A DNA stretch of 64,000 nt from Felis catus (taxonomy: Eukaryota): assembly GCF_018350175.1 (NCBI RefSeq), contig NC_058368.1, positions 152,894,001-152,958,000 of the forward strand. The letters are read 5' to 3'. The notes beneath the pieces were generated by a model that saw only the letters and a list, made by a program, of their open reading frames with translations, searched no databases and was not told the origin of the DNA. Position numbers and translations under genes: made by a program. How positions within the stretch are numbered: the stretch's first letter is position 1; the number at the start of each line of letters is the position of its first letter. This document shows, piece by piece, positions 35,801 through 49,305 of this stretch.

Positions 35801-38439
35801 GAGATTACACAATCAATCTGACTAACCCCAAAAGTACTCACAATCACATCCTCTGGAAGGTTATCATCTAAGGAGTGCTGGGTATACATATAGCTATATG
35901 AAACAAGAGAAAGAAAGAAGAGTTTGAAATTGGCTACATAAATGTGGTACAGTTGTCACCCATTTTTTGTTGCTGCACACTTACACTTTCCCACTGACAG
36001 ATTATAATTTACTTGAGGGTAAGGACTCTAACCACATTTGTTTGTTAGATCTCCTTCTGTGGACAAACTGCAATAAATGGAAATGAAACCATTGACCAAC
36101 TGCGTGTGAGTAATTCTTTCCCCAGGATAAGCCCACTTCAGCTTTTAAGTGGAGAATGGCTTGGGGAAGGTGTTGAAGAAAGAAGGTCACAGACTCATAC
36201 ATGTTGGAAACAAGGCTTTTGTTCACATTCTCCCATTCTGCATGCAGGAGGAAGGGAACGGAGCATCCACCAGCAAAAGCAGGGCAGGGACTCCAACCTC
36301 ACTTTGTGGGGCGGAGCCTCAGGTTTCCCCTCCCAGTGTCGTTCCAAAAATTGTTTTGAGATCCACAAGGAAGACAGACCCTTAGATACAAGTAAACCCC
36401 CTTACCATAGGCTTTTGAAGAGCAATCCATGTGCACATTTTGAAAACAAAAGAAAGTATCAGTGAACAAAATCAGCTAGGAGACTTGAAAGGAGTTTTCA
36501 TTTAGAAAAATAATTAATACGGTTAAGATATTTTTTTAAAGTTTTTTAACTTATTTTTTTTACTTTTAAAATGTGTAACACATAATTATTTTGATTATGG
36601 AAGCCCTGACTCTCCTCATCAAAGGAAGAATGTCCTCTCTCCCACTCCTGAACAAGATTTAGCCTTGTTTCTTGAGATTTAATTTTTTAGAATTGTGCTT
36701 CTTTGATTTGCTTGATTTTTTTCCTTTTATTTTCCTAAACAGAAGTGGCATATATTTAATTTCAAGTTTTAATTCAATTAAAATAAATTCTTTTAAGAAA
36801 CCATTTTCAGGTGGTTTTTTTTCCTTTTTATTTATATAATTCTTAGAGGGGTAATAATATTAATAATATTCTTTTTGAGTTTTTGGTGTGATCCAAAGAC
36901 TTTAAATATGCGACTTCATTTTTTTTTCATAGTAGTGCTTTCATGGGCATTATTGTCTTCATTTTATAACTGGTAATCTGAGTCTCACAGAATATAATTA
37001 AACTTGCCCAAGAAACCATAGCTATGAAGCAAGACTAAGATTTGAACCCATGTGTTTCTGAATCTCTTTTATCCATGAAACTACCCACAAACATGTATAA
37101 ATGTGTGTGTACATATGTATATCACATGGACATACTTTGTTATGCATCTCGTTAGTTGAAAATTGATGGAATATTTTGTATTTCTTGGATCCTACATTAG
37201 TACATTGCCAAGAAACTGCTGGATTCCACCTATGCAATTTTTGAAAAGAAATTAAATGATGCACTCCAGGAAGGGTTCACATTTGCTCATTATTTCTGGA
37301 TTAATCAGGTTAATGGGAAAGAACAAAAAACAGCTAAGACCGGAGCACCTGTAACCAGTGTTGCCGGAAGTTCTGCCCTTACTACTTTGACCTGTGTGTG
37401 TGTGTGCATGTGTGTGTGGCAAAAGATCTAATTATTGGGCTTTTAATAATATAATTTAGGTACTCATTAAATGTGCTACCATTTAATAGACTTGTCTGAT
37501 CACAAACCTTCATTAAAAGTCTCAGAAAAGTTTTTTTTTTTTAATCTTGTATTTTTCCATAAAATTCATCTCATTGGATAATTCAAGAGAGATAGACTTT
37601 GGTCAGTGGTTCACAGTAACAAACGAAGATTAGATGTGTGAGTGATGCTCAGAATTTGTAATATTAATCTGCTGTTTTATAGTATTGATGCAAGTTGTGG
37701 GAAACAAATCTGGAAACCTTAGAGATTGGAAAGAAACAAGAATAAAACGTGGGGCAAATTTATCTTTAACTTTTGAATATGAGCTAACTTTTACTAAGTA
37801 TTAAGCCATTGGAAGAACTTCTAAAATTCATGTACGGGAGAAAATCACAGATTTTCTCACAGGTTTTAAAGGAATTACTTTTTCCATTAATATGTTTGCC
37901 TCCAAACAGAAAGCTTTTTCTAGATTTTAAACTTTGATATTTTGATTAAGTGGAATTATTTTAAAACAAAGATTTTTCTCATTTATGAAACCAGTTTTAC
38001 AAAACTCTTCAATGCTTCTTTATTTGTCTTTCTCATTCATTTTAGAGGAGTGGGTAGGAAATAACATTATTGAATACTCTGTTGAGAACCACATATTTTA
38101 AATCTCCATTTTACAGATGTGGAAACAAACTTACCCATGGTCTCTTGCCTAGTAACTAATGAAGCTGTAAATAAAACTTACATCTTAAAACTTACACTAT
38201 GTTTTTTTTTTTTTTACTACACATACACCTATCTATATTTTTCATGATAAACTTTTAAAAACTCCTCTCTGTGATATTTTCTATTTAAAATTTTCAAGAA
38301 AGCTATTGTTCTGGATGGGAAAGCTCCACCTGTGCCCAGACAGGCCTTTGGATGCACTCACTACTTACCTGCTTAGACATGATAAATTGCTCTTTCTGTT
38401 GGCATTTTACATAGACACAATGAATGCCTTAAAGAAATC

Positions 38440-38814
38440 TCTTGTTAAAGTATAGTTAACATACAGTGTTATATTAGATTCAGGTGCACAATGTAACATT
38501 TCAAAAATTCTATACATTACTCACTACTCAATCATGATAAGTGTAGCCTTAATCTTTTTTATCTATTTCACCTGTCCTCTACCTACCTCCCCTCTGGCAA
38601 CCACCGAAGTTGTTCTCCATGTTTAAGAGTCTTTTTTTTTTTGTCTTTTTTTCCTATGTTTGTTTGTTTTGTTTTCTTTCAGAAACTCCACGTGAATGAA
38701 AATATATGGTATTTGTCTTTCTCTGACTTATTTCAGTTAGCATTATACCTTCTAGGTCTATCCATGTTGTTGCAAATGGTAAGATCTCATTCTTTTTTAC
38801 GCTGAGTAATATTC

Positions 38815-38849
<35 letters not shown>

Positions 38850-39012
38850 ACCCTCTTCTTGATCCATCCAACTATGGACACTTGGATTCTTCCATATCTC
38901 GGCTACTGTAAATAATGCTGCAGTAAACATAAGGGTGCGTATATCTTTTTGAATTAGTGTTTTTGTTTTCTTTGGGTAAATACCCAGTACTGGAATTACT
39001 GGATCGTATTGT
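38440..39012 (-). mobile_element. Carnivore L1 3' fragment with internal (GT)n
   Basis: ORFs 38654..38881 and 38787..39035 give YDPVIPVLGIYPK...MFTAALFTVAEIWK and KKNEILPFATTWIDLEGIMLTEISQ, L1 ORF2 C-terminus, frameshifted. Confidence 0.93.
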
Positions 39013-39210
39013 GATGAGTATCGTATACTGATCATAGCTCTTATAGAAGATGAGCGACAATATTCAAAAGTACATAGATGTTCTTAATCAATTAATAAGT
39101 GCATAATAAATATATATAAATGATTTATCATGAACCACAGTTTTCAGAATTCTAAAAATCATATAAGTAAATATCCTCAAAGTCATGTCAAATTAAAAAT
39201 CCTCACTTTA

Positions 39211-39431
39211 GGGGCGCCTGGGTGGCGCAGTCGGTTAAGCATCCGACTTCAGCCAGGTCACGATCTCGCGGTCCGTGAGTTCGAGCCCCGCGTCGGGCTC
39301 TGGGCTGATGGCTCAGAGCCTGGAGCCTGTTTCCGATGCTGTGTCTCCCTCTGTCTCTGCCCCTACCCCGTTCATGCTCTGTCTCTCTCTGTCCCAAAAA
39401 TAAATAAACGTTGAAAAAAAAAATTAAAAAA
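39211..39431 (+). mobile_element. Young felid CanSINE
   Basis: CpG-rich; perfect TSD aaaaatcctcacttta at 39195-39210 and 39432-39447. Confidence 0.97.
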
Positions 39432-39998
39432 AAAAATCCTCACTTTAAAAAATGTCTGTGACCATATTATATATTATGTGCTATTAATAACTCAAGATCT
39501 TTAAGTTAAATGTTTTTGATAGTAATATTTTCATCAAAACGGCAGTTTAGTACGAAAAAATTCTGTGTCTACATTGGAAGTTTAGGCTTTGAACATAATC
39601 TTAATGGGTCTATACCTCAAAACTACTGCCAACCTCAGTTATGTCTGAATTGATTTTATTTGTCCGAAGATATGATTGTGGAGAATTGTGATTCTTCTTA
39701 AATATATTTTCAGATAAACCCTAACAGATCTTTAGTGATAGAGATACTGTCCTAAAAATTACATGTTCATCTTTGAGAACGAGAGGGAAGGTCTTCTGGA
39801 ATAACTACATGGTATTTTAGGCCTTGAAGAGGATGACATTATGGAGAGGCAGCAAAATATATTCATTCTTAAACCATTATCTGTTTTTTTTCTCTTTTCC
39901 TATTATTTCAGTAAATATAAGAGCCAGTGTTAAGGTACATAGAAAATGCTGGTCTTCAGAACCCTACTTAGTACTTGGAATGTTTTTACTTTACTAAA

Positions 39999-40029
39999 TT
40001 TTTTTTAATGTTTATTTTTGAGAGAGAGA

Positions 40030-40089
<60 letters not shown>

Positions 40090-40250
40090 GTAGGGGAGGG
40101 GCAGAGAGAGAGGGAGACACAGAATCCCAAGCAGGCTCCAGTCTCTGAGCTGTCAGCACAGAGCCCAGTGCAGGGCTCGAACCCACGAACCATGAGATCA
40201 TGATCTGGCTGAAGTCAGACACTTAACTGACTGAGCCACCCAGGTGCCCC
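39999..40250 (-). mobile_element. CanSINE with an expanded (GA)n tract
   Basis: Reverse head ...ccacccaggtgcccc; long GA run at about 40020-40082. Confidence 0.95.
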
Positions 40251-40914
40251 ATAACGTTTTTATTTTAAATCATGATCCTCTTATGAACTGGTCACTCTTG
40301 CCATACCTGGTTTCTTGTCATAGCTGCCATATTTAACTGGAAGCAATATTGGTACAATGCTGGCTTGCTCCACCAGCCTGAAATTTATTTGCATAGGTGC
40401 AGAATATACCTCTTTCTAACTGCCACTTCTCTATTTTTTTTACCAATTTGGCATTTCACCTTCTTTCACCCCCTTTTCCTAACTCCCCACCTTAAGGCCA
40501 GCATTCTTATCTGGCACTTGGTAACTGTAAAATGTGTCCATATGCACTTTATCCTTTTATTAACAGAACTGTGGCATGAAGAGGTGAGTTGTAGTAACTA
40601 GAACTACACACTTTTGAAGGGCTAAAGTTACAGGTTTCTGTTGGTGTTGACTTGCAGGGCAGGGAGTGGTAATGAGCAGAGTGGTTGTGGTGTGATGGTA
40701 CATGAGTCCCCTTCTCCTTGTATAGCCCTTATCTCCTTGTGTAGCCCCCTCTCCTTGTGTAGCATTACTGATTTCTCATTGCTTTTCTCCTTTTCTCCCT
40801 TTTTGTCTCTTGTCAACCTTGGAATCACATTTATACAATAAAAGTACTTTTCATGCACTCTAACCTTATTGGCATTAACCGAGTGGTTTTCGTGTAAATT
40901 TTACAGCCCTAAAC

Positions 40915-41134
40915 TAGGATTTCTCAGCCTCAGCATATTGACATTTTAAGGCAGAAGATATGTTGTGGGAGCCTGTTCTGTGCATTGTAAGATGTTTAGC
41001 AACATCCCTGGCCCCTCCTCGCTAGATGCCAGTAGCATCCACTTCCCCAGCTGTTACATCTAAAAATGTCTTCAGGTGTAATCAAATGTTTCCTGGAGGC
41101 CAAAATCATCCGCATTGTATTTGAGAGCCCACTA
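40915..41134 (-). mobile_element. MER20 hAT DNA transposon
   Basis: ttctcagcctcagcatattgacatttt...tgtgcattgtaagatgtttagcaacatccctggcc...ctagatgccagtagca matches the reverse of recalled MER20. Confidence 0.88.
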
Positions 41135-42304
41135 CTCTACATAACTGGTCTAACTCCTTTCATCATTTCTTTCTACATGTTTTAGGAAATTATTCTGTTG
41201 TTTTTAAATTAGAGAACAATGATCTTATTTCACTTTAGGATGTTGGTTTCAACACTACTGGGCATTGCATTGCCTCTGATTCTTTTTGTTTCATATCATG
41301 GCCTCTTCAAGAGCTGCTAATACATGTTCACAGTGTTGTTTTGGTGTGAGATAGTGAAAAAATAATGTCAGTGACTTATACCGGGTACCTATGACAGTTG
41401 ATTGTCTTCTCAGTCTAGCTACTCTTTGGAGAATATCTTGGTGATAACTCTATCTTCCGGTGCTACCTGCTAATTTTTTTCAAACCAAGCTACTGATTTC
41501 AACTTTTTGGTGGAAAGTAGACCCCACGTTATCATTGTTTTGTTCCCATAGTGCCAAAGCGCAGAGCAAGTTTTTTGACTGTCCTGGTATTAGCGCTGGA
41601 AGTTTTGCCTTCTGGTAAACCTTCAGTCGTGAGAAATCTAAGATGATGGTTCAAAATCCTACTTGATACTCTTTTTATTTCCCTTGCAATCAGAGCATCT
41701 TAGTCCTACCTTAATTTCTGTTCTACAGTGGGATGGGGAATTTAGTGCAGGGACACTGAGGTCCTGGAAATGAGGTGGGCCCGTAGTTAGGTTATGTGTG
41801 GTCTCACAGTGTTTTCCAAAAATTGAGTTTGAATGTTTGCCATGGATCCTGGCCCTGTGTTGTTTTATATCTGGTTCCTCTACACCTTTATGTTGATTGC
41901 CTTGTACTGATGGTCTTTGCTTTGTACCCCTTCATTTAAGGACTGCTTTCCACTTTATTATTTGGTAAAGAAAATCTTTGGTTTTGTGTAGATTTTTCAC
42001 AAGGCAAACTCATAGATGTATTTGTGGTTCACAAATTCTTTCATCTATCCCATAACATAAAATCAGCTTTCTGAAGTAATTTATAATCTCTTGGCAGTCT
42101 TTTTAAATGGTTGCTTGCTCTCAGGCGATTCACTCAAAGACTTCTTAAACTGTGGATACTTTACAGGTGAAACAGATAGCAATCTGTGTGGTGTTGATTA
42201 AGGATTATTAAAATTATCTTCTCTATACTTAGTATCTCCTCTATAATAATATAGGAATGTTCCAACACTAGCTCAACTCCTTCAAATTAATGTTTGTATC
42301 CACT

Positions 42305-42417
42305 GGGGCGCCTGGCTGGCTCAGTCAGTAAAGCATGTGACTCTTATCTTAGGGTTGTAAATTTGAGCCCCACATTGGGTGTAGAGATTACTTAAAACTA
42401 AAACTAAAAATAAAATT
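42305..42417 (+). mobile_element. Short tRNA-Lys(CTT)-derived carnivore SINE without a CT tract
   Basis: gcctggctggctcagtcagtaaagcatgtgactctt...gagccccacattgggtg resembles tRNA-Lys, then tagagattacttaaaa tail; decayed, not a functional tRNA. Confidence 0.85.
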
Positions 42418-42999
42418 AAATAAAGTTTGTATCGACAGATCTCCAGTTAAAATGCACATTTGTGAGCAATAACAAACTCGTTAGCATATAATAATAGTAC
42501 AGTCACCTAGTTATTACAAAAGCCTATATGAAATAAGATGAGTTTTGAGAAATGACCAAAGGGAGAGTTATGAAGTTTGTTTGTCTGACACAGGTAAGGA
42601 CTCAGTATTGACAGTTCTAAGCAAGTAGAGCAGTATTGGGACGTGGAGTCTAGGAAAGGAGTTGTTAACAGAATATAAGTCGAGAAAAAGAAATGAATCT
42701 GCCTCATAACTTGTCTTAGCCTATTGGTTTAAGGCATTAATAAGTACTAGGGTCTTTAGGCTAGTTGTATGCTACGGAAAAGGAGGCAAGGGTAGTGAGT
42801 GGTATTGCTCACTTACTACCCTCAGTAATATTGAAGTGGGTTGGCCAAGGGCTCATTAACTCCAACATGGCCAGTACCAATTCCATGATGTCCTCTCCTG
42901 ATTTTAGTGTAGCAGTAGTCATTCTTAGAAGGCATCAACAATCCTGTTCCACATAATGTCTGTGTTTTCTCCTTACAGTGACAAAGCACACATTCACTG

Positions 43000-44490
43000 A
43001 GCACTTGAGCCAAGCTGTTGTTCTGAAGGCCTGCTCTTGGCACTGTTTTATAGGAACTTTCTCAAACGAACTCTGACCAGAGTCTTGCTATTAGTATCCA
43101 ATAGTCAGATACCTTTTAGTTTCCCTTTGAACATGGTATGGATTGCATGGACCACCCTCTCCTACTTGGTCTATGGCTTCAGTTCCTCCAACTCCTCCTC
43201 TTACTGCCAGCTACCAATTGCTAGAGTTTCTCAGCTCACTACTGGGCTCACTTATTTTCTGTCTCTATAAAAGTATTTAACAGAATGATACTAGAATGAG
43301 ACCGACCTGGAGAGTTGAACAGAAATGCAGATTCAGAGTCCCCACCCCAAACCTACTGAATCAGAATTGCCCCGGGAAATTTTTCCGCATGCTGAAATTG
43401 TAGATATAACACTCCGTACTCTCTCCGTCAGTGATCTCATCATTAGCCATAGCTTTAAGCACCATTTGTTTGCTTCATTACTTGCAAGTTTAGATCTCCA
43501 CTGCAAACCACTCTTTGAAGCTCTGGTCTTGTATACTTTGTTGCCCTCATATCTCTCCTTGGATGTCTTATAAGTATCTCAAACTTAACATGTCCAAAAA
43601 AATGTTTAATATTCCCTCGAAATGTGTTCCTCCCACATTGTTCTGTATCTCAGTAATTGGGACCATCTTTCCCAGGGTTTCTTGAACATTATTTATTCCT
43701 TCCTGCGCATTACCCATAGTATCCAACCTATCAGCAAGGTCTATTGATTCTACCTCCAAATTATGCAATGACTTCATCTATTTTTTTTCCAAATCCATCT
43801 ACTACCTATTTTTCAGCCCACCACGTGCCTTATGTGACTACTAAAATTGGCCTCTAACTGGTCTGCCTGCTTCACCTATAGGTTGCTTGCAACTTGCTCT
43901 CTATATTTAGGAGTCCAGTGTCATCTTTTAAAAATTTCATATATGTCCTCTTACGAAACCGTTTAATGGCTTCACACTGCTCTTCAAATTCAGTCCAAAC
44001 ATCTTAGTATGGCTGGTCTAACAGTGCATGGCCAGCTTGGTTGGCCTCACCAGTCTCTCCCCATCCCTAGCACTCTGCCCCTCGCTCACTATGCTCCAGC
44101 ACAGTGATTTTGCCTTGGTTTCCTGAGGGTTCCCTATCTTGAAAGCTTTACGGGTACACTAGCCTCTTCCTGAAATGCTCTTTTCCCTGGTCCTTGGCTG
44201 CTCACACTGCAGATCCCTTCAATCATGTTAGGGATCAGGTTAAATGTCACCTTTTTAGGGAGGCCTTCCTCACCATTTACTTTACTCTATTTAAATCTCC
44301 CTCATCCTCAGCATGTAGTATTCTCCCAGTTCAGTTTTCCTTTCCTCTATAGTACTTCGTACATTGTGGTCATTTATTCACTCATTGCTGTTTTCCTCAG
44401 GAGACCACATGCTGTGTAAGAGTGTGAACCATGGCTGCTTTTATTACTGTGCACACTCGTTCCTCAGAACAGTGCTTGGACGATAACTGA
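43000..44490 (+). mobile_element. Long L2 fragment with a MER5-like insert (about 43290-43400)
   Basis: ttggatgtctta...ctcaaacttaacatgtccaaa; aaatgtcacctttttagggaggccttcct; insert gaaatgcagattcagagtccccaccccaaacctactgaatcagaa. Confidence 0.75.
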
Positions 44491-44669
44491 TTTCATACTG
44501 AAAGTGGAAACCTACATACTAAAATCTAACATGGAATTATAATAATTTAACTCTATCCCATATTTCATCTGTTATGCTTTTATATAGTTTCATGTAAATA
44601 TGTAACAGCATTAACTAGCCAGCACTGAACTTGTATAATTCAAGAGTAGGATTCTTGTACCATGATTTT

Positions 44670-44879
44670 GTTTAAAGTTTATATATTTATTTTGAGAGAG
44701 AGAGAGGGAGTGCGCCTGTGAGGGGGGGAGGGGCAGAGAGAGGAGAAAGAGAATCCCAAGTAGGCTCTAAATTGTCAGTGTGAAGCCCAGTGTGGGGCTC
44801 GAGCTCACAAACTTCGAAATCAGGACCTGAGCCAAAACCAAGAGTCAGATACTTAACCAACTGAGCCACTCAGGTGCCC
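44670..44879 (-). mobile_element. Older CanSINE
   Basis: Reverse head; degenerate TSD tgtaccatgatttt/tctaccataatttt. Confidence 0.92.
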
Positions 44880-46537
44880 ATTCTACCATAATTTTTAAAA
44901 ATTCAGCATTCCAGATATAGTGATCTTTTTCACTTATGTGGCAAAAGAACAAACACATGGTTGACCTTAGATAAGGTGTAAAATGACCATTTGCCCACAC
45001 ACTGACTTGAGGGAGGTTATAAAAACAAAAACAACTAAAAGGTATTCATTAACCCTTGATTGTTGTTCCTAAAATGTCACCATTTTGAATATTGTCTTCT
45101 TGGGGTTCTGTTAAAATCATGTACATGAAAGGGTCATTGCACTATCTGAGTTCAGTGTACATGTGATCTGTTGCATCACTTTTATTTTAGTAGAACTGGA
45201 TAGCAATAAAATCCCCATATAACTCTATGATAGTATAATATTATTATTAACCAGAAATATCTGTGTTGTTTTCTGCCCATCACTACACTGTGAGCTTGTA
45301 ACAGCCAAAAAGGAATTCATCACTAGGATAGAACATCATAGAATTCACAAAACTGTACTGAAAGAATGAGTAAATAAATCATATATATAATAGTAACTTT
45401 TTGTGGCTGGTGCAAGAATTTAAGATAAAGAATTCTATACAACAATTGAAATGATGTTAAAACATGAATGAGTACGCTTATGGACTTTGGAGAAAGACAT
45501 CACTCTAATTGGCCTTGTTTCACTGATAATACAAAAGGTGTTTGATAATTGGTTACCAGGTGTCAATCATTTGGTGTTTTTAACCAATGTAGTTCAGAGT
45601 TGCTTCATCAACTCTTACATTTAGTGCCTTTGTTTTCTCCTTTCTTTTATTTTTTAATGGAAGTCTAGTTGACAAACAATGTTGCTTTAGTTTCAGGTGT
45701 ATGTTTTCTCCTTTCTTATCTATCCATTTTCACCTTTTATGCTTGGCTTATTTTTGTTAAGTGGTACAAATATTGAGTAACATTTATTGACGTTGGCACA
45801 CTTTCACAACCCGCCTGTGGCCTTTCTCCTCATTACCTTATCTGACACTCTTTAAACTGTATTTTTACTATTCTTGCACAACTGATTCTAGTGAAATAAA
45901 GAAGCCATCATTTTTAATCCTCTGCTGTTTTTCTCACAGCAGAAGCTGTGGCTACTTCTGGGGTATCATTAGCAAGTTAAATGCTGAATACCACATTTTG
46001 GGTTGTGGCCTCTTATGACTCACTTGTCTTTTGAACAAGGTGTGTCCAATGTTGGAAAGAAATCATAGCAAGGTCTACACCGGAGTGCCAACACGTTTTT
46101 CAGAAGGAGTTGCCACACCCAAACCTAAAGCGTTTTTTCAACAGCTAAGATTAAGAGTAATTAACATTTAATATACCCCCACTTATTTGTCCATTAAGTT
46201 TTCATGAAAACATTTTAGCCATGTGTGTCAGGGCTCATTTTAACTTCTTTATCTTTCAAAGGTTTGTCTTTGTTAGAACAGTCTTTCCTCAGCAGAGATC
46301 TTGGTTTTAGATTGACTGCTTTTCTATAAAGAGTAATCCTGCTCTGTGGAGGCTGATGGTCTAGATGAGCTAATGTCAATGTTGTGGCCTCTTTACTGTC
46401 CTCCCTTGTTCATCATACAGAGAAGGCTTATTTAGGTAGTGAGGAAAAAGAGTTCACTGCTATGACCTTGTACAGATTATTGTTTTCAAGGCTGAAATCG
46501 CCTTTTAGGTATGTGTTCTTAAAGAAAGTACTTTTTT

Positions 46538-46760
46538 GGGGCACCTGGTTAGGCGCAGTCGGTTAAGCGTCCGACTTCAGCCAGGTCACGATCTTGCGGT
46601 CTGTGAGTTCGAGCCCCGTGTCAGGCTCTGGGCTGATGGCTCAGAGCCTGGAGACTGTTTCTGATTCTGTGTCTCCCTCTCTCTCTGCCCCTCCCCTGTT
46701 CATGCTCTGTCTCTCTCTGTCCCAAAAATAAATAAATGTTGAAAAAAAATTAAAAAAAAA
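46538..46760 (+). mobile_element. Young felid CanSINE
   Basis: Perfect TSD aaagaaagtactttttt at 46521-46537 and 46761-46777. Confidence 0.97.
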
Positions 46761-46969
46761 AAAGAAAGTACTTTTTTGTTGATAGTCTATTTCCGTAGGA
46801 GAGGGAAATTCCTTGGCAGACCTATCTTGTAAGACTGTATAATATAAAAATAATTAAAATTTATTTTTTGTCATCTCTTCACCTTTTTTGTTCATGTAAA
46901 AGCAACCATATTTTTTTTTACCATTGTATGGTTTTCTGTGAATCTTTTTTTGTGCACAATTTGGTATCT

Positions 46970-47161
46970 TTAGTTTGTGTTTTTGGGAGAGAGAGAGAAA
47001 GTGCACGAGTAGGCGAGGAGCAGAGACAGAGAGAGAGGGAATCCCAAGCAGGTTCCACATGCCCTGACATTACAAAGCCTGACGTGGAGCTCTATCCCAC
47101 GAACTGTGACATCATGACCCAAGAGTCAGATGCTTAAATGATTGAGCCACCCAGGCACCCC
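46970..47161 (-). mobile_element. Older CanSINE
   Basis: Reverse head ...gagccacccaggcacccc; degenerate TSD cacaatt(t/c)ggtat. Confidence 0.9.
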
Positions 47162-47659
47162 ACAATTCGGTATTTAAAATTCTTCCATGTATTTGAGGAA
47201 ACTACATCTAATGCATATAAAGTTAAGCAGAGTTGTTATAGTACTTATTAGTGTTTCCCTATGAAGATGATTGTCATAAGTCAAAAAGTTAAGTCCTGTC
47301 AGTAGTGTGTACCCACACATTTGATAGGAAGGCTCTGGGGAAAGAGAAGGATGATGGAGAGCGTTGTCTTTTCCTGCACATGTGCAGATTTTTTCCCTCA
47401 TTTGAGAGACTTTCGTAAATACTCTAAACAGCTGCAAAATCCTCCATCATTCCGGCTGCTTACTTCAAAATCCAGTGTAGTTGTTGATCAGTCTTGTGGT
47501 TCTCAGAATTGGCACATTATTTAAGGTATTAACAGTTTTTAACCCCCAGGGAAAAAAAGGATTCATTCCTCCATGTTTTTTGCTCTTGATTCTTTAATTT
47601 CATTAATATAGCCTAAGGTTGCTTTAGCTATTTTAGCTGTTGGAAATAAATCATGAAGA

Positions 47660-48440
47660 TAACTTTAGGTATCATATAGTACAGCTCATCCTGCATCTTG
47701 CCTGCTCTCCCTGAGTTAGGTTTCTGAAATGTATGCAGACTCCTTTGTGCAGTATGGCTTATGCATTGTACTAGCTGTGGTCTTCTGCTCTGCATGAATG
47801 TACTGTTGCCTGTCTGTTCCTTCCTCTCTTGATGGACTCCTGGATGATTTCCATCCTTTTGCTCTTTCATACAATGCTTCTGTGACCCTTACAGCGTAGT
47901 GGTTAACAGACTCCAGAACTGGACTGCTTGGGTGTGTGTTACCACCCTTACTAGTAATGTGACTTTGGCAGGTTGTAAACTGCTGTGCCTCAGTTTACTC
48001 GTCTGTTAAATGCAGTATATTTCCTATGGGGTAAGCATCTTATGAGCATAACAGAGTAAAAACACAGGAAGGACTTAGAACAGTGCCTGACGCACAGGAG
48101 CCATGGTAACAAGTGTTAGCTATTACATTTATTAATACGGTACCCTTGCATGCCTCCTGAAGTGTTTACGTGTGACACTTTCTCTTGGGTAAATACCTAG
48201 AAGGGTAATTTACGGACTATAGCTTAGGAATATCTTTCATTTTACCAAAAAATTGTTAAATTGTTCTCTAAAGATATTGTACCAACTTATACCTGTGGTG
48301 CATAAGTTCCTTTTTGTCCTCCACTTCAAGTTTATCGTCAGACTTTTAATTTTTTTCAGTCTGATAGGTGACAGAGTAGCTCTCTGTTATTTTAATTTGC
48401 ATTCTCTGATGAAGAGTCAAGTTGAAAATCTTTTCTAATT
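47660..48440 (-). mobile_element. Ancient L1M fragment containing a near full-length + strand MIR (about 47890-48130)
   Basis: L1-like ttgatggactcctggatgatttcca and tttctcttgggtaaatacctagaagggtaatt flank MIR cagcgtagtggttaa...tgtgactttggca...ctgtgcctcagttt...cttagaacagtgcctgac...gttagctatta. Confidence 0.7.
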
Positions 48441-48606
48441 GGCCTTTCTGGGAATTTCCATTAATACTCTTTGTTTAAAACAAAATGTACAATACTAGAT
48501 ACAAGCATATGAAGTTAAAATATAGGAAGAAGGGGCAGAAATGGTTTGGAAGACTAGGACCTGGCTGTATCTGTAATATTTTATTTCTTTAAACAACAAC
48601 AATTTA

Positions 48607-48822
48607 TTTTTTTTAATTTTTTTTAACGTTTATTTATTTTTGAGACAGAGACAGAGCATGAACGGGGGAGGGTCACAGAGAGAGGGAGACACAGAATCTG
48701 AAACAGGCTCCAGTCTCTGAGCTGTCAGCACAGAGCCCGACGCGGGCTCAAACTCACAGACCGTGAGATCATGACCTGAGCCGAAGTCGGACGCTTAACC
48801 GACCGAGCCACCCAGGCGCCCC
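48607..48822 (-). mobile_element. Fairly young felid CanSINE
   Basis: CpG-rich; TSD taaacaac(aac)aattta on both sides. Confidence 0.96.
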
Positions 48823-49102
48823 TAAACAACAATTTAAAGAAAATATTTATTATATCTGGGTGATGAGTAGCTGGTTATGTATTATTTGTCATTTTCATGA
48901 TGTTTTCAATATTTCATAATTAAAAAAATCAATTTAGGTTTCATTACCAAGCCAGGAATCATGTTTGGGATTCAGCAATTAAAGAGTGATAGCACTGTTT
49001 TAAATATTATTGATTAAGACAATTAGTATGTATATGTTAGTATAAGAAAAGCAATTACTTATAGGAACATTTTAATCATAAAAGTATAAATAGTAAAATT
49101 CA

Positions 49103-49305
49103 GGGGCGCCTGGGTGGCTCAGTCGGTTAAGCATCCGACTTCGGCTCAGGTCATGATCTCACGGTCTGTGAGTTTGAGCCCCGTGTCGGGCTCTGTGCTG
49201 ACAGGTCAGAGCCTGGAGCCTGTTTCAGATTCTGTGTCTCCCTCTCTCTCTGGCCCTCCCCTGTTCATGCTCTGTCTCTCTCTGTCTCAAAAATAAATAA
49301 ACGTT
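49103..49305 (+). mobile_element. Felid CanSINE with almost no polyA tail
   Basis: TSD aaa(t/c)agtaaaattca at 49088-49102 and 49306-49320. Confidence 0.96.

Noticed and set aside
32840..38430. SINE-poor stretch that might hide an exon or conserved element
   Set aside because: No ADGRV1-like peptide or recognisable RNA; conservation cannot be judged without alignments.
42305..42382. Possible tRNA-Lys gene
   Set aside because: Decayed B box and stems plus a SINE tail; a retroposed copy.
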